From a virus (Duplodnaviria; Caudoviricetes), in IMG/VR virus record IMGVR_UViG_3300022752_000014: 64,000 nt of DNA; one strand, given 5' to 3'. The stretch's first letter is position 1. Each line of letters begins with the position of its first letter. A model generated the notes under the pieces. That model had not been told where the DNA came from, did no database searches, and worked only from the letters and a program-made list of their open reading frames with translations. Below are positions 26,044 to 35,074 of this stretch, piece after piece. A program made the translations under genes and the position numbers.

Positions 26044-26069
26044 GGGAGGTTGACACCTCCCTTTTTTTT
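26044..26069 (+). terminator. Intrinsic terminator with an embedded -35
   Basis: GGGAGGT-TGAC-ACCTCCC followed by 8 T. Confidence 0.85.
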
Positions 26070-26078
26070 AACTATAAT
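26050..26078 (+). promoter_or_regulatory. Consensus sigma70 promoter for the thyX operon
   Basis: TTGACA (26050-26055), 17 bp, TATAAT (26073-26078). Confidence 0.85.
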
Positions 26079-26099
26079 TACTTGGTCAGAGTTATAAAA

Positions 26100-26279
26100 A
26101 TGGATAAAGAAAAACTTAAACTGATTGTCCATAATCTAGAGTTGCTAGTTGACTCTTTGAAGTCCGAAGTTTATTCCGATGTGGACGCATATAAAGCATC
26201 TTATGAAGAAGTAGCACCTTACATTACTGATTACGACGAAGTATTTTATGATGGAGACGATGATGGATATCCCGACTGA
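26100..26279 (+). CDS. Hypothetical cyanophage protein
   Basis: MDKEKLKLIVHNLELLVDSLKSEVY; acidic tail. Confidence 0.7.
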   Translation: MDKEKLKLIVHNLELLVDSLKSEVYSDVDAYKASYEEVAPYITDYDEVFYDGDDDGYPD

Positions 26280-26289
26280 GTTTGAGTTT

Positions 26290-26979
26290 ATGAAGCCAGA
26301 AGTTAAACTCATTAGCGTTACACCCGATGCGGAAAAGCATATGGCATATTGTGCTCGGGTGAGTAATCCTGCTAATCAAGAAAACGAAAAGTTCTCTGGA
26401 CTACTCAAATATTGTATTCAACATCAACACTGGAGCATCTTCGAACAAGCGACGATGACAGTGGAGATCAATACGACTCGTGGTATCGCAGCTCAGATTT
26501 TGCGTCACCGTAGTTTCACATATCAAGAATTTTCACAACGGTATGCTGATGCAAGTCTTCTAGGTAAGTTTATTCCTCTTCCTGAGTTGCGTCGTCAGGA
26601 TACAAAGAATCGTCAGAATAGTATTGATGATATTCCTGATTATTTAAAATTGGTATTGGGTGAGGATATTCGTGTTCATTTTGAGCACTCCCTACGCATC
26701 TACAATCGCCTTCTGGAGGCAGGAGTGGCAAAAGAGTGTGCAAGGTTCGTACTGCCCTTAGCGACGCCTACACGCCTCTATATGACGGGTTCTGTGCGTT
26801 CTTGGATTCACTATATTGATCTTCGCTCTGCACACGGCACACAAAAGGAACATATGGAGATTGCAGAACTGATTCGCTGCATTTTTACCTGCCAGTTTCC
26901 TGCTGTGTCTGAAGCACTTGGTTGGAAACGTGATGGATGTTTTGAGTGTGTGGATGCACCGTCTATTACTATTGAATAA
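26290..26979 (+). CDS. thyX: Flavin-dependent thymidylate synthase
   Basis: HWSIFEQ, the RHRSFTYQEFSQRY ThyX motif, KECARFVLP and AHGTQKEH. Confidence 0.96.
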   Translation: MKPEVKLISVTPDAEKHMAYCARVSNPANQENEKFSGLLKYCIQHQHWSIFEQATMTVEINTTRGIAAQILRHRSFTYQEFSQRYADASLLGKFIPLPELRRQDTKNRQNSIDDIPDYLKLVLGEDIRVHFEHSLRIYNRLLEAGVAKECARFVLPLATPTRLYMTGSVRSWIHYIDLRSAHGTQKEHMEIAELIRCIFTCQFPAVSEALGWKRDGCFECVDAPSITIE

Positions 26980-27004
26980 ATATTCTTACAAATTTATGTA
27001 ACTT

Positions 27005-27253
27005 ATGGCGACGTATCCTGTTATTAATAAAGAAACTGGTGAACAGAAAGAAGTGACGATGAGTGTTCACGACTGGGACCAGTGGAAAAAAGACAATCCT
27101 GATTGGGATAGGGATTGGTCAGACCCATCAACTTGCCCATCATCAGGAGAAGTTGGTGAGATCTATGACAGACTTAAAAAGTCTCATCCTGGATGGAATG
27201 ATGTTCTTCACAAAGCATCAAAAGCTCCTGGATCCAAAGTAAAACCAATCTGA
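27005..27253 (+). CDS. Conserved T4-like hypothetical protein (FmdB-like position upstream of phoH)
   Basis: MATYPVINKETGE...GWNDVLHK; late ATAAATA at 26976-26982. Confidence 0.7.
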   Translation: MATYPVINKETGEQKEVTMSVHDWDQWKKDNPDWDRDWSDPSTCPSSGEVGEIYDRLKKSHPGWNDVLHKASKAPGSKVKPI

Positions 27254-27261
27254 TTACCTCT

Positions 27262-28017
27262 ATGCCTGCTAAGAAAAATACCCCGAAGTCACCAGTGCCA
27301 TTTGGTATGAGCAATAGACAAATGAAACGTAAAAAACCAATCAGTTCAGAATTGATGAGAGCAATTGAACCTCTCACTGACAATCAAAAAGAACTTTATC
27401 GTTGCTATAAGAACGATCAAAATATTGTTGCTTATGGATGTGCGGGTACAGGTAAAACATTTATCACTCTCTATAATGCTCTTAGAGATGTGTTGGATGA
27501 AAGGTCTCCTTACGAAAAAATTTACATTGTAAGGTCTCTTGTTGCTACTCGTGAAATTGGTTTTCTTCCTGGAGACCACGAAGATAAATCTTCGCTTTAT
27601 CAGATTCCTTATAAGAATATGGTGAAGTATATGTTTGAGTTGCCAACTGAAGCTGATTTTGAAATGCTTTATGGTAATCTCAAAACTCAAGGTACGATTA
27701 GTTTTTGGTCCACTTCTTTTATTCGTGGTACTACTCTTGATAATGCAATCATCATTGTCGATGAATTCCAAAACTTGAACTATCACGAACTTGATAGTAT
27801 AATTACTCGTGTAGGTGAGAATAGTAAGATTATGTTCTGTGGTGATGCCACTCAATCTGATCTTGTTAAATCTAATGAAAAAAATGGCATCGTTGACTTT
27901 ATGAAAATTCTTCGTATTATGCCTTCAATTGATATTATTGAATTTGGAGTTGATGACATTGTTCGCTCTGGATTTGTGAAAGAATACATCCTTGCGAAAA
28001 TGGAAATTGGTCTATGA
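27262..28017 (+). CDS. phoH: PhoH-family ATPase
   Basis: GCAGTGKT, IGFLPG, RGTTLDN, IVDEFQN, GDATQSD and DIVRSG. Confidence 0.96.
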   Translation: MPAKKNTPKSPVPFGMSNRQMKRKKPISSELMRAIEPLTDNQKELYRCYKNDQNIVAYGCAGTGKTFITLYNALRDVLDERSPYEKIYIVRSLVATREIGFLPGDHEDKSSLYQIPYKNMVKYMFELPTEADFEMLYGNLKTQGTISFWSTSFIRGTTLDNAIIIVDEFQNLNYHELDSIITRVGENSKIMFCGDATQSDLVKSNEKNGIVDFMKILRIMPSIDIIEFGVDDIVRSGFVKEYILAKMEIGL

Positions 28018-28694
28018 GTTTTATTCATTGTAATTACCTAGGTGAACTTGAACTAGAAAAGAAAGAACAGAATGGCATCCGTCTCTACAATCTTCCGAAT
28101 GGAGACTGGGTGCCTTCTATTACCTCTGTAACTTCATTCTACAATCGCCAAATCTTTGTGAAGTGGCGTGAGCGTGTTGGACTTGAAGAAGCAAATCGTA
28201 TTACCAAAAAAGCAACCGCAAGAGGTACTGACTTTCACCAAGTTTGTCAAGACTATCTTGAGAACAAAGAACTTAACTGGGATGATTATCAACCCCTCAC
28301 AAAGTTTATGTTCTATCACGCAAAGCCTTATCTTGATAAGATAAATAACATACACGCAATTGAACGCACACTCTACTCAGAGTATCTTGGACTAGCAGGA
28401 AGAGTAGATTGTATCGCTGAATATGATGGCGAACTAGCGGTGATTGACTTCAAGACTTCAGAAAAAATTAAACCAGAAGAGTGGATTGAAAACTACTTTG
28501 TTCAAGAAACATTTTATGCTGCTGCATACTACGAATTAACCGACATTGTTCCCGTAAAACTTATTACCATTATGGTAACTCCTGGTGGTGAAGTCAAAAT
28601 ATTTGACAAAAGAAACAAAGGGGATTATATTAAGTTATTAGTTCGGTATATCAAAGAATTTGTACGTCACAATACTAGGCAAGATGGAGAATGA
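28014..28694 (+). CDS. PD-(D/E)xK exonuclease
   Basis: PSITSV, ARGTDFH, LAGRVDCIAE...VIDFKTS and a Q-x3-Y motif. Confidence 0.88.
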   Translation: MSFIHCNYLGELELEKKEQNGIRLYNLPNGDWVPSITSVTSFYNRQIFVKWRERVGLEEANRITKKATARGTDFHQVCQDYLENKELNWDDYQPLTKFMFYHAKPYLDKINNIHAIERTLYSEYLGLAGRVDCIAEYDGELAVIDFKTSEKIKPEEWIENYFVQETFYAAAYYELTDIVPVKLITIMVTPGGEVKIFDKRNKGDYIKLLVRYIKEFVRHNTRQDGE

Positions 28695-28941
28695 ATTAGA
28701 GAAGGTTCTAGAGAGCAAATTCTTTTGCCCATCAAGATTCGCACAAGAAATTGAAAAGTTAGTTCAGACAAATCCTGATATGAACTATATTGATGCAATC
28801 ATTTATTTCTGTGAGCAAAATAATATTGATGTGGAATCTGTTCCGAAACTGATTTCAAAACCATTGAAAGAGAAAATTAAGTATGAAGCAATGGAACTTA
28901 ATTTTCTAAAGAAAACTTCCCGTGCTAAATTAATTTTTTGA
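28684..28941 (+). CDS. gp33: Late-promoter transcription coactivator gp33
   Basis: FAQEIEKLV...YIDAII...LISKPLKEKIKYEA; conserved position upstream of gp59. Confidence 0.85.
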   Translation: MENELEKVLESKFFCPSRFAQEIEKLVQTNPDMNYIDAIIYFCEQNNIDVESVPKLISKPLKEKIKYEAMELNFLKKTSRAKLIF

Positions 28942-29538
28942 ATGATGCCTTATGATGCCTATAAGTGTTATCTGTCTTTAAAGAATCACTTTACCAAAGA
29001 CAGTTATGACTATCACAAATACTGTGGTAAAAGTCGTGCAACAGTTCAATCATTCTATAAGCGTAAAGATAGAATGTGGTTTGAGAAAGTTGCGCGGCAA
29101 AAGTCAGATCAAGAAGTTGTAGAATTTTTTGTTGCCAACTTTGTCTCTTGTCCTGATCCAGAAACACTCTGGATTGGTGAGATGATAAAAGAGGGTGAAG
29201 GAAGATACCAACAGTGGCAAAAGAAAATCCAATCACTTTCTTATGTCTTCAAAGAAGAAACGCAACAACTCTTTGAAGAACATAAGTTTGAAGACGTATT
29301 CAATTGTTCCAAAGGACACCCACCCGTTCTTAAAAAATTCCTGAGCGGGAAAATCTCCCTTGAAACTCTGGTTATATACGATAGAATATTCCTGTTCGGG
29401 AATAAGTTTGATAAGAAACTCAAGGACCCAGTGTGGGAAACCGTAAGTCGTAAAATTAAAAAGTATAACCCGTTTCTAAATATTGATGTATTCCGTTATC
29501 GTAAAATTTTGAAGGAAGTTATTTTGGGAGATGTATGA
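28942..29538 (+). CDS. gp59: Loader of gp41 helicase, gp59
   Basis: YLSLKNHFT...YDYHKY, FYKRKDR and ISLETL; gp33-gp59-gp32 synteny. Confidence 0.88.
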   Translation: MMPYDAYKCYLSLKNHFTKDSYDYHKYCGKSRATVQSFYKRKDRMWFEKVARQKSDQEVVEFFVANFVSCPDPETLWIGEMIKEGEGRYQQWQKKIQSLSYVFKEETQQLFEEHKFEDVFNCSKGHPPVLKKFLSGKISLETLVIYDRIFLFGNKFDKKLKDPVWETVSRKIKKYNPFLNIDVFRYRKILKEVILGDV

Positions 29539-29879
29539 GTTTTTTTGATTCCGAATTTGTTCGTGCAGAGATGACTGAAATCTCTGAACTCCAAGAAGAA
29601 ATTTATGGAAGTGTTTTTAAGTTTCCTTCAATGACGAAGGAGGATAAACTTCGCCATGTAAATCTTCTTGAAACACTACTGAATAAGCAACAGGTTTTGT
29701 ATACTCGCATGAGTCTGTCTGATGATCCTGAAGCACAAGAAATGAAAGAACGTATTTCAGATTCCGCTAGAATGATGGGACTTCCTCCTGGTGTTGATAT
29801 GAATATTATTTTTTCTAACATGACTAAAATGCTAGAAGTGATGAAAGCACAGATTGACAAAACAGGTTCCGACCTGTAG
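29535..29879 (+). CDS. Conserved cyanophage hypothetical protein (DUF1825-like)
   Basis: MSFFDSEFVR...RMSLSDDPEA. Confidence 0.7.
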   Translation: MSFFDSEFVRAEMTEISELQEEIYGSVFKFPSMTKEDKLRHVNLLETLLNKQQVLYTRMSLSDDPEAQEMKERISDSARMMGLPPGVDMNIIFSNMTKMLEVMKAQIDKTGSDL

Positions 29880-29882
29880 AAT
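29854..29882 (+). promoter_or_regulatory. Sigma70 promoter for gp32
   Basis: TTGACA, 17 bp, TAGAAT with a TG extension; the spacer holds an ACAGGT/ACCTGT inverted repeat. Confidence 0.7.
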
Positions 29883-29929
29883 AACGAAGTACACAAAAGC
29901 CAAATCCGTACACAATCCGAGGTAATCTA

Positions 29930-30865
29930 ATGTCTTTTTCTGACCTTAAAAAACAATCTTCTCTTGGTTCTCTGACCCAGAAACTAGTCAAAGAAGTAGA
30001 GAAGATGAGCACAACTTCTGGTGGCGCAGATGAGCGTCTCTGGAAACCCGAAATGGATAAGACTGGCAATGGTTTCGCAGTCATCCGTTTCCTCCCTGCG
30101 CCCGAAGGTGAAGATCTTCCCTGGGCAAAAATGTATTCCCACGCCTTCCAAGGTCCTGGTGGTTGGTACATTGAAAATTCTCTGACTACCATTGGTCAGA
30201 AGGATCCTCTTGGTGAACACAACCGAGAACTGTGGAATAGTGGAACTGAAGCAAACAAAGAAACTGTTCGTAAGCAGAAGCGTAAACTGTCTTACTACAG
30301 CAACATCTATGTTGTAAAAGATCCTGCAAATCCCTCTAACGAAGGTAAAGTCTTCCTGTTCAAGTATGGCAAGAAGATTTTTGATAAGATTATGGAAGCA
30401 ATGCAACCTGAGTTTGAGGATGAAACTCCTATCAATCCCTTTGACTTCTGGCAAGGCGCGAACTTCAAACTGAAGATCGTGAAGAAGGATGGTTACTGGA
30501 ACTATGATAAGTCTGAGTTTGGTTCCGCTGAACCTCTGCTGGATGACGATGATGCTCTGGAAGCACTGTGGAAGAAAGAGTATTCTTTGACTGCTATTAC
30601 TGCTCCCGACCAGTTCAAGTCTTATGAAGAACTTGAGAAGCGTCTGCAGTATGTCCTTGGGCAGAAAGGCACTCCTCGTATGTCTTCTGTTGAGGAAGAG
30701 ACTGAGTATGACAACTACACTGAAAGCAAAGAAAGTGCCGTTGTAAAGGAACTGGAAGAGTCTTATGCTCGTTCTAAGTCTCCTTCACTTCCTGTAGTAA
30801 CCAAGGAAACTGATGAAGACGAAGATGATGCTCTTGCTTATTTCCAGCGTCTCGCTGAAGATTGA
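29930..30865 (+). CDS. gp32: Single-stranded DNA-binding protein gp32
   Basis: DKTGNGFAVIRFLP, WYIENSLTT, KYGKKIFDKI, GANFKLK, NYDKSEF and an acidic tail. Confidence 0.97.
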   Translation: MSFSDLKKQSSLGSLTQKLVKEVEKMSTTSGGADERLWKPEMDKTGNGFAVIRFLPAPEGEDLPWAKMYSHAFQGPGGWYIENSLTTIGQKDPLGEHNRELWNSGTEANKETVRKQKRKLSYYSNIYVVKDPANPSNEGKVFLFKYGKKIFDKIMEAMQPEFEDETPINPFDFWQGANFKLKIVKKDGYWNYDKSEFGSAEPLLDDDDALEALWKKEYSLTAITAPDQFKSYEELEKRLQYVLGQKGTPRMSSVEEETEYDNYTESKESAVVKELEESYARSKSPSLPVVTKETDEDEDDALAYFQRLAED

Positions 30866-31534
30866 TCAAGAGTAAAGTCTAATATTGTCTCCTCTCTTAA
30901 GGTCCTCACTAACATATTGTGAGGACCCTTTTTTATAGGGCATAATATCTCCCATATCATCAAGAACTACATTTAGATATCTGTTCTTGAGTACAAAAAT
31001 ATTTCTCTTATCATTTTCTTTTTTTTCCTCATACTCATAGTTTGTGACTGGCGTTGCAATATTTCCACTATCTACTTGTTTATCTGCAAAGTAATCATAA
31101 AAACTCACCGAGTATGATGAAGGAACCTCAAGACCTGCAGGGACAATAACAACTCCTTGACTATTTTTTACTTCTCTTGTTTCGTAATGATGAACTCCAC
31201 CATATAAAATATCATAAGTTTTATATTTTGATAAAAGGTATTCATCAAATGCCGCTTGAGTCATTGGCCATTCGGTTTGAATATTAATAATGTTATTGCA
31301 AAGAAGCACTAACCAATCTAATGTTGAGTCTTGATAGACTTCAAATGCCACATTATCGGGACGGTCGTCACCATTAATTTTATACTTTGTGAAGAACGCT
31401 AAATCTTGAAAAATGTCTTCCCTAAGTTTTCCTTTTTTGAATAGGTTTTTTACAGGAGCATAGTCAGATATTTTAGCATCAGGTAGTCTGCTGACGTAAT
31501 CAAAATTAGGAATTTGGCGGAAGTAACTTGGCAT
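30866..31534 (-). CDS. gp53: Baseplate wedge subunit gp53
   Basis: YFRQIPNF, RPDNVAFEVY...DWLVLLCNNI...WP and HHYET. Confidence 0.88.
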   Translation of the reverse strand: MPSYFRQIPNFDYVSRLPDAKISDYAPVKNLFKKGKLREDIFQDLAFFTKYKINGDDRPDNVAFEVYQDSTLDWLVLLCNNIINIQTEWPMTQAAFDEYLLSKYKTYDILYGGVHHYETREVKNSQGVVIVPAGLEVPSSYSVSFYDYFADKQVDSGNIATPVTNYEYEEKKENDKRNIFVLKNRYLNVVLDDMGDIMPYKKGSSQYVSEDLKRGDNIRLYS

Positions 31535-31535
31535 T

Positions 31536-32909
31536 TTAGTAACCTATTTTGGTATCTTCATTATCATCAAGAGTAGTGTAATCATCATTGAAGACTGGTT
31601 CAAGTTCTTGGAATTGCATTGTAATTCCATAAGAAACCATCGCGCCATCATAAAAAGTTGCGTATTGTCCTTCTGGAGTATAATCAACAGAGAACGATGT
31701 GAGGGCACATTCTTTAAATTGATTTAAAAAATTATGTTCTTTATTTACGTGACGATATTGTAACTGAAATGTGTGAGGCGTTTTTAAAAATAATTGTGAT
31801 TCTGTTCTAATTGGAGACATTCCTTGTTTGAAAAAGCGAATAATTTTTCTTATTTCTGCTGCTTCTGGAGCACTGCGGGCAGATAATTTAAAACTAAATG
31901 TAAATGGTCTTAAAGTTGGACCAGTAAATAAAAGTTCCATATTTGGATTTACAACTAGTCCAGTGGTTCTTGCTAGAAGACCACCAACTCCAAGAGCAGA
32001 TTGGGCAAACGCATTTTTTACAAGTGTTCTTACATCACCGCTGTTTGCTGCTATATCCTCTGCAAGTTTTGAAGCTTTATCAGCACCAGCCGAACCTCCC
32101 TGATCAATTGTAGTTAGTGCAACATTTGCTACCGACGCTTCAAGTGCATTCATACTACCGCCATCACTCCAACTTACCGCATTCGTATCTGATATTCCTG
32201 CTGGTATTGGTAGAACAACAGTTCCTATTATTTGTTTATCGCCAATCACTTCTCCACTTTTGATATTAGATGCAACTCTACTTCTTTCCCCAAATCCAAA
32301 TGTTTTAGTATTAAATGGTTTGGGGCGATACTTAACCATTTGGAATTTTATAGTATCCTGATCCTCATATCTTAATTTGATTGGATACACTAAAGGACGA
32401 GTTCCAGATGCTCCTGGAAAATTATTTCTTGTTTTTGTATTTTCTTTAGCAGTTGTTGATGCTAATAATTGTTTTCCAGTTACACCTGTCTCTGAACCTT
32501 TATTTTTAGCAGCGTCCGATAAAACTTTTATTTGTTCTGGGTTTAATTTTGCTTTAGTTGCTGCAGTCACAACTGAACCCTGAGTTGCTTGATTCAATAC
32601 TCCATTAGGAGTTTGTAGAGACTTTATGGCAGCTGCTCCTAATATAGGAGTATCGCTATTAGCTGCATTAATAAGTTTCCAACTACCAGCTTTTCCACCC
32701 TCGGTTGAAGTTGCTACCGCTTGAAATACTCCAACTGGACTTGGAGTTACTTGATATTGAAGTATTGTTTTTTTGGTTCCTTCTATAATTTTACCATTCG
32801 CATCTTTTTCAAACGTAGTCATCGTTTTGAAATTGAGCGGTCTCGTTAATCCTGGAAGTTGGTCTGATTTAATTTGAAAAGGATCACTTGTTAAGGTTTG
32901 TGTTGCCAT
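31536..32909 (-). CDS. gp48: Baseplate tail-tube cap gp48
   Basis: NPNMELLFTGPTLRPFTFSF, IIRFFK and CALTSFSVDYTP. Confidence 0.85.
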   Translation of the reverse strand: MATQTLTSDPFQIKSDQLPGLTRPLNFKTMTTFEKDANGKIIEGTKKTILQYQVTPSPVGVFQAVATSTEGGKAGSWKLINAANSDTPILGAAAIKSLQTPNGVLNQATQGSVVTAATKAKLNPEQIKVLSDAAKNKGSETGVTGKQLLASTTAKENTKTRNNFPGASGTRPLVYPIKLRYEDQDTIKFQMVKYRPKPFNTKTFGFGERSRVASNIKSGEVIGDKQIIGTVVLPIPAGISDTNAVSWSDGGSMNALEASVANVALTTIDQGGSAGADKASKLAEDIAANSGDVRTLVKNAFAQSALGVGGLLARTTGLVVNPNMELLFTGPTLRPFTFSFKLSARSAPEAAEIRKIIRFFKQGMSPIRTESQLFLKTPHTFQLQYRHVNKEHNFLNQFKECALTSFSVDYTPEGQYATFYDGAMVSYGITMQFQELEPVFNDDYTTLDDNEDTKIGY

Positions 32910-32971
32910 CAGAACTCCTCCTCAATCACAAGAGGATTAATCATCTCAATTTTTTGTAGAGTATGAGACAT
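32909..32971 (-). CDS. Possible 20-aa leader ORF (MSHTLQKIEMINPLVIEEEF) coupled to gp48
   Basis: ATG at 32971; its TGA overlaps the gp48 ATG (TGATG). Confidence 0.35.
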   Translation of the reverse strand: MSHTLQKIEMINPLVIEEEF

Positions 32972-32984
32972 TTATAAGGAGTTT

Positions 32985-33371
32985 TTATTTATTTAGACGG
33001 AATTTTGCATATTGTAGAGATAAAAGTTCGTCAAGTTCTTCATACTTAACAACGTGAAGTTGTCCTGCTAATTCCTGCCAAGTGTAATTTCTTGATTCTC
33101 TCCAGTGGAAATTGATTGCTTTAAATCCCCATTTATAAATTTCAGTGCAAGCAATTAATGGGTGTTGATCATATTCAATATCAGGAGTCTTTGGATTATA
33201 AACAAAGGTGTAAAACTTTCCAACCTCAGGAATCCAAACCTTTTCGGTAAAGATGTCCATAATCAATATCATTATGTCTTCTGGATCTTTGATGTCAAGT
33301 CTACCTACTGCTTCACGAAGTCTTCTAACTCTTGCTGTTGAACCAACATATTGTCCGAATCCTTCTGCCAT
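32985..33371 (-). CDS. gp2: DNA end protector protein gp2 (short form)
   Basis: GKFYTFVYNPKT...YDQHPL...GFKAINFH. Confidence 0.7.
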   Translation of the reverse strand: MAEGFGQYVGSTARVRRLREAVGRLDIKDPEDIMILIMDIFTEKVWIPEVGKFYTFVYNPKTPDIEYDQHPLIACTEIYKWGFKAINFHWRESRNYTWQELAGQLHVVKYEELDELLSLQYAKFRLNK

Positions 33372-33814
33372 TATTTGATACCTAACTCTTCTTCGGTAAT
33401 GACTTTAAACTCTAGTAATCTATCAGCGCAAAATTCTTTTGCCGCTTTCCATTTTGCTTGATTCACTGCATAGGTTGTGCATTCATAAATGTATGATTTG
33501 GTTGTTCTACTCTTTTTTTGTGGAGGGACAGTTTGCTTCTTTGGTTTTACTTCAATCACATAAGTTTTGATTTGACCAGTGCTTTCTCTGACTTTAATAA
33601 TGAAGTCTGGAAAATATCTATGCACACGATTATCAACTGGCGAAAGATAGGGAATCCAAAACTCTTCACTTCCCCACTCTAAAATACTTTCATTTAAATC
33701 ACACCAATGACAGAAGCGTCTTTCCCAACTGCTTCTACAAATGATATTATTTGGATCTCCCTTATATTTTTTTGGATACGATGGTTTGTATTTACTTTTA
33801 ATACTTTCTGCCAT
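33371..33814 (-). CDS. gp4: Head completion nuclease gp4
   Basis: KYKGD, RSSWER, WGSEE, HRYFPDF, IEVKP and NQAKW; minus-strand TATAAATA at 33838-33845. Confidence 0.93.
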   Translation of the reverse strand: MAESIKSKYKPSYPKKYKGDPNNIICRSSWERRFCHWCDLNESILEWGSEEFWIPYLSPVDNRVHRYFPDFIIKVRESTGQIKTYVIEVKPKKQTVPPQKKSRTTKSYIYECTTYAVNQAKWKAAKEFCADRLLEFKVITEEELGIK

Positions 33815-33846
33815 ACATAATATATAAGGTCAAAAAGTATTTATAG

Positions 33847-34728
33847 ATGCCTAGTAACAAAACGGTTTCGCAAATTCAGGCAGCACTATTACATCCAGCT
33901 ACAACATCTCATTTTGAAATAGAAATTCCAAGACCAATAAGTTTAAATGATAAATTTTTAAGTGATAATGGTCTCAACTTTTCAACTGTCAATGAAGGAA
34001 GATTGAAATTGTTGTGTTGTGAGGCATCTTTGCCTGGTTCTAATTTAGCAACTTTAGAACTTACCAATGATTATACTGGAGTTACTGAAAGACATGCTTA
34101 TCGTAGAGTTTATGATGATAGAATTGATTTTACTTTTTATGTTGATGCTGAATATAATTTACCAATACGATTTTTTGAAGTTTGGATGAAATATATCACT
34201 CAAGAAAGTGTAGCGGAAAGAAATGGGTCTTCTTCAAGAAATGCAAATTATTTTTATAGATTTAATTATCCAGACAACTACACAGTTGATCAGGGATTAA
34301 AAATTCATAAATTTGAAAGAAGTAGTTTGGGAGGTGGATCTAAAGGAGTTAAAGCTAGCATTCTGACTTATGAATTCATAAGAGCTTTTCCAATTAGCAT
34401 ATCTTCGATGCCCGTTTCATATGATTCTTCTTCTTTATTAAAGTGTACTGTAAGTATGAGTTACATCAGATATATCGTCGAAAGACTGACAGATCCTCCT
34501 GCGGAACAGGGACAGAATGGAACTCCTTCCACTCCTTTGGAACAAGCAGCGTGGAATAATACTCCTGATTATTTCCTGAATCCGCAGTTTGGGGTGGAAG
34601 GTCCTCAAGGAACTCCAACCCCAAATGACTTTCTTAATATTGGCAATCCCACTCTTGATCAATTTGGAGTCAGAGATCAGTTTGGCAGAGGTGCCGCTGG
34701 AACTGTCGGAGCAAATATTTTGGCATAA
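33847..34728 (+). CDS. Tail-tube-fold protein (gp54/gp19-like initiator)
   Basis: LCCEASLPGSNL, RRVYDDRIDFTFYVD and FPISISSMPVSY. Confidence 0.7.
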   Translation: MPSNKTVSQIQAALLHPATTSHFEIEIPRPISLNDKFLSDNGLNFSTVNEGRLKLLCCEASLPGSNLATLELTNDYTGVTERHAYRRVYDDRIDFTFYVDAEYNLPIRFFEVWMKYITQESVAERNGSSSRNANYFYRFNYPDNYTVDQGLKIHKFERSSLGGGSKGVKASILTYEFIRAFPISISSMPVSYDSSSLLKCTVSMSYIRYIVERLTDPPAEQGQNGTPSTPLEQAAWNNTPDYFLNPQFGVEGPQGTPTPNDFLNIGNPTLDQFGVRDQFGRGAAGTVGANILA

Positions 34729-34738
34729 AAAAAGGATC

Positions 34739-35074
34739 TCAGTGACCCTTAATGTTCAAATGATCGCAAAATAGTTTTTCAAAAGTATTTGATGCGGAAA
34801 CAGAAGTTGCGTTGTTTGCACCTGCTGCTTTAAGAAATTTTTTTTGAAAATCAATATTGCCACAAGCAAAAGTTGCTGCAGTAATAATCCTATTTGCGTT
34901 TGGAGTATCAATCAAAGAACTAAATTTAGTTCCTGCTTGGGAATCAATGAGTTTAATAAATTGTATTTGCCCAGGAGTGAGTGGGATATCATCATAGTTT
35001 GATGCTATAGCGGGAACAGTAACTGCTGTTCCTAATACTCCAAGAATACTTAAAAAAATATGTTTGTGGTTCAT
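34739..35074 (-). CDS. Hypothetical secreted protein
   Basis: Signal peptide (PAIA) and a Cys pair. Confidence 0.6.
   Translation of the reverse strand: MNHKHIFLSILGVLGTAVTVPAIASNYDDIPLTPGQIQFIKLIDSQAGTKFSSLIDTPNANRIITAATFACGNIDFQKKFLKAAGANNATSVSASNTFEKLFCDHLNIKGH

Noticed and set aside
26034-26099. ORF-track N-terminal extensions (also 7744, 9332, 10401, 11343, 26248)
   Set aside because: They run through promoters, terminators or upstream genes; downstream ATGs with SDs fit the family N-termini better.
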